A DNA stretch of 20,000 nucleotides. It comes from an uncultured virus (IMG/VR IMGVR_UViG_3300020169_000014). Its lineage: Duplodnaviria > Heunggongvirae > Uroviricota > Caudoviricetes. Below are positions 1-8,146 of this stretch, piece after piece. How positions within the stretch are numbered: the first letter of the stretch is position 1; the number at the start of each line of letters is the position of its first letter. The translations under genes were made by a program, and so were the position numbers. The notes under the pieces are model-generated. The model made no database searches. It was not told the origin of the DNA and saw only the letters and a program-made list of their open reading frames with translations. The stretch covers positions 52,226 through 72,225 of IMG/VR virus record IMGVR_UViG_3300020169_000014; one strand, given 5' to 3'.

Positions 1-372
1 AGCTGCGGTAAACTTATATCCAGATGCAATCTGTAGAGTTTCGGGTACATCTGATTGATCGATACCAATGTTGAAAGACATGTTGATATTTGCTTGTGCC
101 GCAGTTTTTGACTGTGGTACATAACCCAGTGTCTCTGCGTGTGATACGACCGAAGATCTCAACTGTGCAGTATTCAAGAATGATTCATTCAATGCCATAT
201 TTGCAGTGAGACCATTCAAATGCGTATTGTAAGCCAATACATCCAATAGATTAGATATACCAGACGCTTCGAAGTCATAGTCCGAAAACTCCGACTGTTG
301 TTTTAAATATGTCTTTAGATTGTTTTTGATTGCATCAAAATCTAAAGATGAGGAGTTAATAGTCGTTGCCAT
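1..372 (-). CDS. gp6: Baseplate wedge subunit gp6, N-terminal part (runs off the window edge)
   Basis: Not in the ORF track. Translated by hand from the ATG at 372: MATTINSSSLDFDAIKNNLKTYLKQQSEFSDYDFEASGISNLLDVLAYNTHLNGLTANMALNESFLNTAQLRSSVVSHAETLGYVP. This is the typical gp6 N-terminus (LDFD, FxDYDFEGS, LLDVLAYNT, AxxLGYxP). The start overlaps the gp25 stop (TAATG). Confidence 0.95.
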   Translation of the reverse strand, partial: MATTINSSSLDFDAIKNNLKTYLKQQSEFSDYDFEASGISNLLDVLAYNTHLNGLTANMALNESFLNTAQLRSSVVSHAETLGYVPQSKTAAQANINMSFNIGIDQSDVPETLQIASGYKFTAA

Positions 373-821
373 TATCGTAACCTATTCAGTCTGGTTGTAA
401 ATTCTACGGATTGACTAGAATTTACGATGTTAAAAATTATCGTAAGTGTAACACTGTTTCCGTTCTCATCTACTTCGGGAATTACTTGTAGAGTTTCGGA
501 ATTTATTCTTGGTTCGAAAACACGAATATTCTGTATAATCGCATTCTGCATTTGATTGATTGTGCCTTGATCCATCAACTCAAAAAGATAACTATTGAGG
601 TTCGCACCAAAGTATGGAGAAAAAGGTTTCTCGGTGCGGTTGGTCATCAATAAGTTTTTCAAAGATTGTGTGACAGATGATACCGCAGTTTTCTTATACA
701 CGTCACCGGCACCCTTCGCTGCAAACGAAAGGTCAATGTCGATATACTCATTGTTCGATGTCGATTTGACAGTTGAAAAGTTTCCTAATCCCCCGTCTTC
801 TATAGAAAATGCTCTAGCCAT
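372..821 (-). CDS. gp25: Baseplate wedge subunit gp25
   Basis: Motifs YIDIDLSF, SLKNLLMTNRTEKPFSPYFGANLNSYLFE and FEPRI match the GPW_gp25 family. It lies directly before gp6, as in many T4-like phages. Confidence 0.93.
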   Translation of the reverse strand: MARAFSIEDGGLGNFSTVKSTSNNEYIDIDLSFAAKGAGDVYKKTAVSSVTQSLKNLLMTNRTEKPFSPYFGANLNSYLFELMDQGTINQMQNAIIQNIRVFEPRINSETLQVIPEVDENGNSVTLTIIFNIVNSSQSVEFTTRLNRLR

Positions 822-847
822 TTGTCTTTCCTAAAATATTATAGTTC

Positions 848-855
848 TATTTATA
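848..855 (-). promoter_or_regulatory. T4-type late promoter (TATAAATA) for gp25-gp6
   Basis: Exact gp55 consensus TATAAATA on the - strand, 26 nt upstream of the gp25 ATG. Confidence 0.85.
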
Positions 856-1468
856 CATCTTCGAGAACTTCTACCAACTCATTCTTTGCAAAAAGTATTC
901 CGTTGTATCTTGTTTCCAATTCATTTTTATAGTATAACTTCCAAGTAATTCCATCTACCTTTGGCATTACGACTGTTACTTGTGCATTGAGTTTTCCTGT
1001 TGGATCCCACTTATCATATTCTAGAATAAGTTTATCGTATCCAACATAGTCCTTGATATACTCAGCAAGATCGAATGTTCTTTCATAATCGATCTCACCC
1101 TTCTCATCAACTACTTTGTAACTTACCATTTGACCGTCTTGTTTTAGAAGATTTTCTCCTGCAACTGTTTCTAGAGGGCCACCACGATAAACCCCTTCCG
1201 ATACAATAAGACGCACATCTTTGAACATGTCAATGTTTCCATTGATTCTACGGAACAACTCTGCGTGTAGATAGAGATTGTATGCAAGTTGTTGTCTATC
1301 ATTAGGACTGTTTTGATATTTGTCTATGGTCGATAAACTACATGGGTTTCCTTTACTGCCAAGAAACTTAGAGACTGATACTCCAGGCGCAAGTTTAGTG
1401 AACGAAGTAATATCCTTCGCATCAACTAAAGCTGGATTGTATTTCTGATCTGGTACAATTGTTATCAT
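851..1468 (-). CDS. Baseplate-locus protein, probably a degenerate peptidase M15A (Hedgehog/DD-peptidase fold)
   Basis: LIVSEGVYR, KQDGQMVSY, YDKLILEY and AQVTVV correspond to the M15A pattern IxITSGYR, SQHxxGQAxD, FDQLILEY and WIHVS, but the Zn ligands are missing. The start overlaps the upstream stop (ATGA). Confidence 0.6.
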   Translation of the reverse strand: MITIVPDQKYNPALVDAKDITSFTKLAPGVSVSKFLGSKGNPCSLSTIDKYQNSPNDRQQLAYNLYLHAELFRRINGNIDMFKDVRLIVSEGVYRGGPLETVAGENLLKQDGQMVSYKVVDEKGEIDYERTFDLAEYIKDYVGYDKLILEYDKWDPTGKLNAQVTVVMPKVDGITWKLYYKNELETRYNGILFAKNELVEVLEDV

Positions 1469-2901
1469 TTGAATCTTTTACCTCTATTCTTCACGGAGTT
1501 ACCAAGTGGAGTATAACCAAATCTTGGAGATGTTTCTTTCTTGGCAATACGTCCTACCTTCGGAGGTAAAGGATTTTCCCAGTCGGATGCAATCATACCA
1601 TTCTTTATCAGTGCATCGGGGAATGAGATACCTTTCTCGTTCACGATTGTTCTGTTCGCTTCGTCTCGCATGGTAGATCGAATTTCATTTATAGTGGGTT
1701 CTTTTTCAAACAGTCCCGCATAGTCATCACGTAACAGTATATGATTGCGTATTGCATCTTTACTATCAATTGATATTGCACGTATAGACAAATGTCCATC
1801 TGACAGAAGACCTGCAACTGCATCTGTCTTAGGTATTGGTTTCAGTGGAGATAAAGATTCCATATTCTTAGGCACATCAGGCGCCCCTCCGGAGGGTTGT
1901 CCACCTTTCTCCTTGGATGCAAGTTGCGCAGTCTTCGCATTCTCTGCTTTATGCGCATACTTGGATTTGATTGCTTCGAGTGCCTGTCCATGGAAAGAAC
2001 CATAGAATGATGCACCCGAAGTAAATGGTACCGCACCTTGTGGCCCCATGTAAACAGGGCCAGTGAACTCGACTTGTTCCCCTCCAATCGCACCTTTCAT
2101 ACCAAGTACTGATATTTCAGTTGCAGAGATATTACCCTGCAATGCAGTCATCACAAATTCTTCTTCGGCAGATACATGGAAACGATTACCGGTGAACATT
2201 TCAATCTCAGCACCTACGTTATTTTTCCAATGACCTTTGATGGTACCATAACAGTTACCCAAAACAATATCTGATTTGTGTTCGACTGTCTTGTTTACCG
2301 CAGTACCTTTAGTTGTATAATTGGTGTTCAGTCCTACCGTTGTGGTGTTGTTCTTACGTATCTCGGTGTTGGTATTGCCATCAACGTTGACATTGTAATC
2401 ACCCCCAACATTGACATTATAGTCACCTGTCACTTCAAGGTTGAGGTTTCCATTATACACCAACTTACCGTTACCTTCAACAATGACAGTTTGGTCACCA
2501 CCAGTAACCTCGACCTTGTTATTGACCGCAGAGATGACCACAGACCCGTCTGCGCGGACTTCTACACCCGCACCCTTACGGTGTTTGATAAGAATACGTT
2601 CACCGCCAGGCGTGTCATCATACGAGATGATATGACCCGATGCGGTTTCTTTTACTTGGTTGAACGGGAAACGAGAAGGTTCTTGGTCTTCGAGATCCAA
2701 GTCTGTTCCTTCGGTACCACCACCAAGATAAAGATTCTCTACTTTGAGACCACGTGCAGATCTATTTAATGAAGACCCATAATGATATTCCCTTTTGGGA
2801 AATTCTCCAGTAGGATCTTGGAAACCATCAATTGGAACACCTTCGGTATTTTCAATTGCAGGATTGTCACCTATCGTTTTTTTATTTGTTGTAGTTGTCA
2901 T
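1465..2901 (-). CDS. gp5: gp5 C-terminal part: baseplate spike with beta-helix repeats and a C-terminal extension
   Basis: GFQDPTGEFP and FPFNQVKETASGHIISYDDTPGGERILIKHRKG match T4 gp5. VxGDxxxx octapeptide repeats (VTGDYNVN-VGGDYNVN-VDGNTNTE) follow. Confidence 0.9.
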   Translation of the reverse strand: MTTTTNKKTIGDNPAIENTEGVPIDGFQDPTGEFPKREYHYGSSLNRSARGLKVENLYLGGGTEGTDLDLEDQEPSRFPFNQVKETASGHIISYDDTPGGERILIKHRKGAGVEVRADGSVVISAVNNKVEVTGGDQTVIVEGNGKLVYNGNLNLEVTGDYNVNVGGDYNVNVDGNTNTEIRKNNTTTVGLNTNYTTKGTAVNKTVEHKSDIVLGNCYGTIKGHWKNNVGAEIEMFTGNRFHVSAEEEFVMTALQGNISATEISVLGMKGAIGGEQVEFTGPVYMGPQGAVPFTSGASFYGSFHGQALEAIKSKYAHKAENAKTAQLASKEKGGQPSGGAPDVPKNMESLSPLKPIPKTDAVAGLLSDGHLSIRAISIDSKDAIRNHILLRDDYAGLFEKEPTINEIRSTMRDEANRTIVNEKGISFPDALIKNGMIASDWENPLPPKVGRIAKKETSPRFGYTPLGNSVKNRGKRFK

Positions 2902-4859
2902 ACGGCCTTCTTCAGTTTCAGACCATTTCGGTCTAATGATGTTTCTGTCAATGGATCTGCGTAAACAGTCTTCTTACCAAACTTGTTCTCAACAAAAGAT
3001 ATAACATCAAAGTACGGATCTTGAGATGAGATGTCAATGTCATTGTGACCGAGAACTTGACCGCCCGGAACTATCTGGTAGAATATTTCTAGAATATTTT
3101 CTAGTGTCTTCATCTGAGATATAGTGAATGAACTCGCGGACAAATTCAATAAAGGATTGTCAGCTTCGGTCGCGACATTCACACCACCTACCAAACACAC
3201 ATCAATACAGTTAAACTTGTGGCGGTTGATGTCACTTGCATCCGCAACATTATCTAAGGGTAGTCCACGTTGAAGTGTTCCGTCACGTCTAATGACCAGA
3301 TGGTATTGGATACCAACATGTCCTGCTTCGTTGTGTCTTAGTTGAATCTCTTCTGCACCAATGTTTGCATTCGTGTAGGTTTCACTTGCATGAATTACAA
3401 CCTCGGATATCTGTCGAGTCATTTTAACAAACTCTAATCCAAGTTCTTCTTTAGAGTCTATGTAAGAAAATTCTCTAATATACCCTGCGGAATATCTTTT
3501 AGAGAGTTCCAATAGATCCAAATCTTCGGTGAAGAATTCACCCGCTTCGGAGACAACACTTCCTGCTATTGTAGTATCTACTTGACTAAGTGCATTCTCA
3601 ATCTTAACAGACTGATTTTTAAAGTTTTGTAATTCGGTCTCGGATATTCCGGCAGCTCTTGCTTTACTCTGAACCTTGAGATTAAATTCTTCAACATTAT
3701 TAGCATCTGTGCCTCTAATTATTGTTTTTAATTCTGGAGATAATGTTTTATCTTTCAGTGTCAGTGCTTTGGTTGCTTTGGTGAGATTGATATCCCCGCC
3801 AGTCATGACATCGTTCATGATACCAGAGAGGAAATCTTTATCGAGTTCTTCACCTGCACCGAACAGTCCCGTAAGAATACCGCCGACCGAACCAGTCAAA
3901 TCTTCGAATAGATCTTGTGCAGTACCAAATCCTAAGTTTATATCAGAAGAAACATTGTTAACAAGATCTGTTACCGCACTTCCGATACTACTTGTAATAG
4001 CACTGAACCCATCCGAGATTATACCTTTTGCTTCATTGAGTCCAGTCTCTAATGCGGAAGTCAGTGATCCTGTCGCTGTCGCAGATGCGTTGGCAATAGT
4101 ATTACCGACACCTTCGACTGCGGATACCGCACTTGCAACTTCATCTAGTAAACCACCACTCTTTGACTTATTGGCAACTTCATCCAATTTACTCTGTACG
4201 TTCCCTATACCTTCGGTTATAGAAGCACCCAATTCATCACCACCGGCTTTGGCTTCGGATGCTGTTGTCTTGATCGAACTCAATAACGTACCTTTTCTTT
4301 CGGACGCATCTTCGATTGCACCGGCAAGTTCATCAAGTGCAGAACCACCCAATGAAACGATAGTGATACTTTCTACAGGCGGAATGATTCCTGTCAATGA
4401 TTTTGTAATCTCGGGAACAGTACTCGGTGAGTTTTCTCCGGTCTGTACTACGGTAGGTACTAATTCACCATCAACCAATTGTGTTATTGGATTACCTGCG
4501 GAATCTTCGGTAGGGAGTCCGCTCCCATCTAAGACGAATTCTTCTACCTGAGTGGCTACATTTGTCACCGTGACAATAGGAACGCCCACATCAGTTATCA
4601 TATCAGATGGATCTGTATTAGGGTATACTCCCGCAGTAGGAAGTACTTGGGACAATGAACCTGTGGTATCAGTTTTTGAATTGTTGTCTAAACTTTTGAA
4701 TCCGTTCACATCAACTTCTACATTCTTACCGAGTATAGTTGATGAATTCAGTATATTCGCATCCTGAGACTTTACGACCTGTTGATTAAGGACATTTAAG
4801 TTTGCGGTTGATGTGACCTTTGCTTTGAGACCGTCATTAAGTGTTTGGAGACTAGACAT
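2898..4859 (-). CDS. Long A/S/G/T-rich protein with a C-terminal N-acetylmuramoyl-L-alanine amidase domain (Amidase_2, T7-lysozyme-like)
   Basis: The last ~170 aa contain VVIHAS, IGAEEI, IQYHLVIRRDG, IDVCLVGG, QVLGHND and DPYFDV. The first ~480 aa are low-complexity, likely helical or linker sequence. Confidence 0.85.
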   Translation of the reverse strand: MSSLQTLNDGLKAKVTSTANLNVLNQQVVKSQDANILNSSTILGKNVEVDVNGFKSLDNNSKTDTTGSLSQVLPTAGVYPNTDPSDMITDVGVPIVTVTNVATQVEEFVLDGSGLPTEDSAGNPITQLVDGELVPTVVQTGENSPSTVPEITKSLTGIIPPVESITIVSLGGSALDELAGAIEDASERKGTLLSSIKTTASEAKAGGDELGASITEGIGNVQSKLDEVANKSKSGGLLDEVASAVSAVEGVGNTIANASATATGSLTSALETGLNEAKGIISDGFSAITSSIGSAVTDLVNNVSSDINLGFGTAQDLFEDLTGSVGGILTGLFGAGEELDKDFLSGIMNDVMTGGDINLTKATKALTLKDKTLSPELKTIIRGTDANNVEEFNLKVQSKARAAGISETELQNFKNQSVKIENALSQVDTTIAGSVVSEAGEFFTEDLDLLELSKRYSAGYIREFSYIDSKEELGLEFVKMTRQISEVVIHASETYTNANIGAEEIQLRHNEAGHVGIQYHLVIRRDGTLQRGLPLDNVADASDINRHKFNCIDVCLVGGVNVATEADNPLLNLSASSFTISQMKTLENILEIFYQIVPGGQVLGHNDIDISSQDPYFDVISFVENKFGKKTVYADPLTETSLDRNGLKLKKAV

Positions 4860-4861
4860 TT

Positions 4862-5731
4862 CTATACCTTCTTATTCGCATATATTTCATATACTCTTTT
4901 TACTTCGCTGTTGTAATCATCTTGAATAGGAGCATAATGACGACCTATAATATTACCCAAAGATCTTGGTTTGGATTTATCAATAACATCAGAATTCAAA
5001 ATGCGAATGTTTGCATCTACGTGAGTAGTATTTAGTTCATATGATATGAATGCCAATTGTGTACTGAAATGCCACCATTCATTACTGAATGCCTTCAGGC
5101 GAGTGAATCTAACACCACTCCAACCCATCAGTCCGGTACCGCCGATATTTGTATATGTGGTATCAAAAGAACTGTTAATACGTGAGATCGCACCCACAAT
5201 CGCACAAGCTTGTTTGATACTGTATCCGGTAGAAAGAAAGAATTTGACAGCAATGTCTCTACGCAACTTCGAAGTAAACTCATCAGGAGTTTCATCTCTA
5301 AGTTCATTCTTCAATGCTTCCGAAGACTCATCAATAGAACCTGTTGATTGATTATAGAACTCTTGGTCTGGACTTATTCTCTCAATCAAACTGTCGTATG
5401 CAACTTGTTTTTGAATCGAGGTAGGATATTCTGTACGGGGTAGTGAACCGATCACGATAGGAACTTGTGACTCGGTACCATCCATAAACATACCAAAGAC
5501 AAAAGAACCCGCCTCAAGTCTTGGAGTAGAACCCAATCCAGACACACCACCCTCAGTGGTAGGTAATACTACCTGCGCCCATGGGAGATCATTCTGTCTC
5601 ACTTCACGGGTAGATGGGTTGTGAATACCATGGATACGTACACGCACACGACCCTCCAACCCATAAGGTGGAGTGGTATCGATCACGTCAGCAACAAACC
5701 AACGAACCTTATCACCGTAGTAATTAATCAA
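4862..5731 (-). CDS. gp5: gp5 N-terminal OB-fold fused to a degenerate phage tail lysozyme (Phage_lysozyme2-like) domain
   Basis: WFVADVID, GRVRVRIHGIH, DLPWAQVVLP and GSFVFGMFMDG..QVPIVIGSL are Gp5_OB motifs. The C-terminal GYSIKQACAIVG, GLMGW..R and TQLAFISYEL resemble tail lysozyme. Confidence 0.88.
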   Translation of the reverse strand: MINYYGDKVRWFVADVIDTTPPYGLEGRVRVRIHGIHNPSTREVRQNDLPWAQVVLPTTEGGVSGLGSTPRLEAGSFVFGMFMDGTESQVPIVIGSLPRTEYPTSIQKQVAYDSLIERISPDQEFYNQSTGSIDESSEALKNELRDETPDEFTSKLRRDIAVKFFLSTGYSIKQACAIVGAISRINSSFDTTYTNIGGTGLMGWSGVRFTRLKAFSNEWWHFSTQLAFISYELNTTHVDANIRILNSDVIDKSKPRSLGNIIGRHYAPIQDDYNSEVKRVYEIYANKKV

Positions 5732-7082
5732 TGTTCGGCCCCTTCTCTAGTTTGAATACCGTCATTGCAACATCATGTCGAGTATCTCTAAAGGTATGTC
5801 TTGTATTGTAAATAAGAAAGTCACCACTCTTCAATTGATCGAGTTGATCAGGACTCTCTGGATTATTGTCATCGTTCAAAACATTGATACGAATCTTATC
5901 ACCTACCGAACCACCCGATGCAATGAATCCTGGCCCAGGCACCGTAACATCCATCATATTTTTGAATATAACGTTTCGGAATGCGAGGTTCTCAATCTTC
6001 TTGAGAAACATACTAGGACTCACTTCGTCATGGATACTTTTCTTATCGTTATAAACACCCCGAGATACTACACTATGGAATATCTTTGCATTGGTATTAT
6101 GTAGGTGATCTCCTTCGATGTTCACATCTGCAATATCAGGTGTTTTGTATGATGCGTCATAGACATTCTGTTTCGCATAATTTATAAGTCCTTTCTCACT
6201 AGATTTCAATAATAGAGATTCTAGACTAAAGTGTTGCGCAGTTGTTCGACCATTGCTAATATCTGTCACGGTATACAATGAACCTATACCACCCGACATA
6301 AGTTGATTGAGTGTGTTTTGTAACTTACTGGTTTTCATCGTCTGTACTTGGAAGTATTGCATAGTAGTATCACCACCTTCTTCTTGTGCCTGTGTGTTAG
6401 CAGGAGAGAAGATGAAAGGAATCTTTTTATTCCATGCGGGTTGTTGCAACATAACATCCAGACTTGCAAGTCTTAGGTTTTGATCGTGGATAGACGCATA
6501 TAAAAAGAATGGCATACCCAAATCTGTAGTTGCTTTATTAGTCAACCAAGTTGCAGCCTCAAGGGGGTGCATGTATGGGATGATGCCTTTAAAGTTACTC
6601 TGGACAGTTTCTCCCGAATAAGAAAGATCGACACTCTTACCACATTCGTTCTGACACAGTTTTACTATTTCAGTACCCAAGTTATCTCGTATTGCACGTG
6701 AAATGTTTTTGGTCTTACTCACGAATGCATGTTCATCCATAAAACTGAACACGTATAACGAGGAGTTGCCTGAGTTAGAAGACTTGATAATGTTGTCGAT
6801 ACCGGTCAATAAGAAAGAACGATCCATAACAACTTCTTCGGATTCGGTCTTACTCATTTCACTCAACATTTTGATATGGAGTCTGTCTGTTCCACTAAAA
6901 CCCAAACTATCAAATACCCCTTGGTCATCAGATATTACGACTTGACCACTGATATATGGTTTGTCTAGATTCTCAAAGAACACCAACTCCACGATCAGAG
7001 AACGAACATCGACAATGAAATCCGATAACCTGTCCGAAGTTATCTCGGCAACTTGATATTTAAATTGGGATTGTCTTTGCAT
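5724..7082 (-). CDS. Probable baseplate hub protein (gp27-like)
   Basis: It sits between gp53 and gp5 and has the expected size (452 aa). FFENLDKPYISGQVVISD, IIPYMHPLEAATWL and the C-terminal VGDKIRI..SGDFLIYNTRHTF are typical of GPD/gp27-like hubs. Confidence 0.65.
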   Translation of the reverse strand: MQRQSQFKYQVAEITSDRLSDFIVDVRSLIVELVFFENLDKPYISGQVVISDDQGVFDSLGFSGTDRLHIKMLSEMSKTESEEVVMDRSFLLTGIDNIIKSSNSGNSSLYVFSFMDEHAFVSKTKNISRAIRDNLGTEIVKLCQNECGKSVDLSYSGETVQSNFKGIIPYMHPLEAATWLTNKATTDLGMPFFLYASIHDQNLRLASLDVMLQQPAWNKKIPFIFSPANTQAQEEGGDTTMQYFQVQTMKTSKLQNTLNQLMSGGIGSLYTVTDISNGRTTAQHFSLESLLLKSSEKGLINYAKQNVYDASYKTPDIADVNIEGDHLHNTNAKIFHSVVSRGVYNDKKSIHDEVSPSMFLKKIENLAFRNVIFKNMMDVTVPGPGFIASGGSVGDKIRINVLNDDNNPESPDQLDQLKSGDFLIYNTRHTFRDTRHDVAMTVFKLEKGPNID

Positions 7083-8146
7083 TATTGACCCATGAGTTCA
7101 GAAAACTCATTAACAATACCCTTTATAGAATCGGGTTTGATGAGTTTGATTTGACGGAGACTTTCATTAACATTCGTTAGATAGTCTTTCATGGTAACTT
7201 CGACAGCACCCACCGGTTTGGATTGTGTGAGGGGATCGATATCAATCCAGTTACCATCAACATCTTCGTAGTGATGCGTCCCCAAATACTGAGGTTGTTC
7301 ACCATATACCAACATTGATGTCGAAGTGCCCGCAGGATTGGTATATGACAACTCTTCTCCGGTTTGAAAAGATCCATCAGTCAAGTTCTTGGTATTAATA
7401 TAATACGTCAACTTATATTCTGAAGTAGGATCGAATGCGACATTGGTGATGGTTGCTTTTCTCTCGAAAGGATCTAATGTTATTTCATACGAAGATAATT
7501 GTAAACCATCTTTCAATAACACCCATGTAAGGGGTTGAGTAAAGGTTTCTGCCCCTAATGCATCTGTCCTCTCTAGGTTTATAATACCATTAGAGTCCGG
7601 AGTCACAACCTCTTCACGTACTTCCGAAGTCAATACAACATTGATAGTATCGATAATAAACGTTCCGAGTGATAGATCTCGTTTGATGATCTGTCCTCTG
7701 GTACCGGATACGTTACCCGTTACGATAGCACCAACTTCAAATTGATCCGGTGCGGTACCTATAATTTTAGTACGATAGATTGGTTGGTTGTCATCATCAT
7801 AGTAATCAATAACATCTTCTTGTTGCAACTGTACCGTCACCATTCGGTGTGGGTATCTTTTCTGTGCAGCACTATGGACTTCAGATAATGTCAATGGCCA
7901 ACCGCCTTCTCGGATATGATCATTCACGAGAAAGAATGTCCAGTAATAATCCGTAGTGCCATATAAACGAAAGGATGTTTGATCTGGTCTTTCGTTGACA
8001 GGTATGGTATAATCAGAAAGAAATAGATCGCGTGACTTTATCTGATCAATCATATCAACATATTGTGTTAGATTGGTCGCGACAGAAAGAGAAGTCTCGT
8101 CACCAAACCGATAAAGTGTTGGTCTGAAGTTATAGAAATATGACAT
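7082..8146 (-). CDS. gp53: Baseplate wedge subunit gp53 (LysM-like), extended
   Basis: Motifs MSYFYNF, ERPDQTSFRLYGTTDYYWTFFLVND..WPL, HHYED and the C-terminal NESLRQIKLIKP. Confidence 0.92.
   Translation of the reverse strand: MSYFYNFRPTLYRFGDETSLSVATNLTQYVDMIDQIKSRDLFLSDYTIPVNERPDQTSFRLYGTTDYYWTFFLVNDHIREGGWPLTLSEVHSAAQKRYPHRMVTVQLQQEDVIDYYDDDNQPIYRTKIIGTAPDQFEVGAIVTGNVSGTRGQIIKRDLSLGTFIIDTINVVLTSEVREEVVTPDSNGIINLERTDALGAETFTQPLTWVLLKDGLQLSSYEITLDPFERKATITNVAFDPTSEYKLTYYINTKNLTDGSFQTGEELSYTNPAGTSTSMLVYGEQPQYLGTHHYEDVDGNWIDIDPLTQSKPVGAVEVTMKDYLTNVNESLRQIKLIKPDSIKGIVNEFSELMGQ

Noticed and set aside
3676..4767. Long + strand ORFs (291 aa and 71 aa) opposite the amidase gene
   Set aside because: Antisense shadows of a codon-biased, low-complexity gene. 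They are S/P/L-rich with no motifs.
4855..4870. Read-through or frameshift joining the gp5 OB gene to the amidase gene
   Set aside because: No slippery sequence at the junction. The amidase has its own ATG with AAGG upstream, so ordinary translational coupling explains it.
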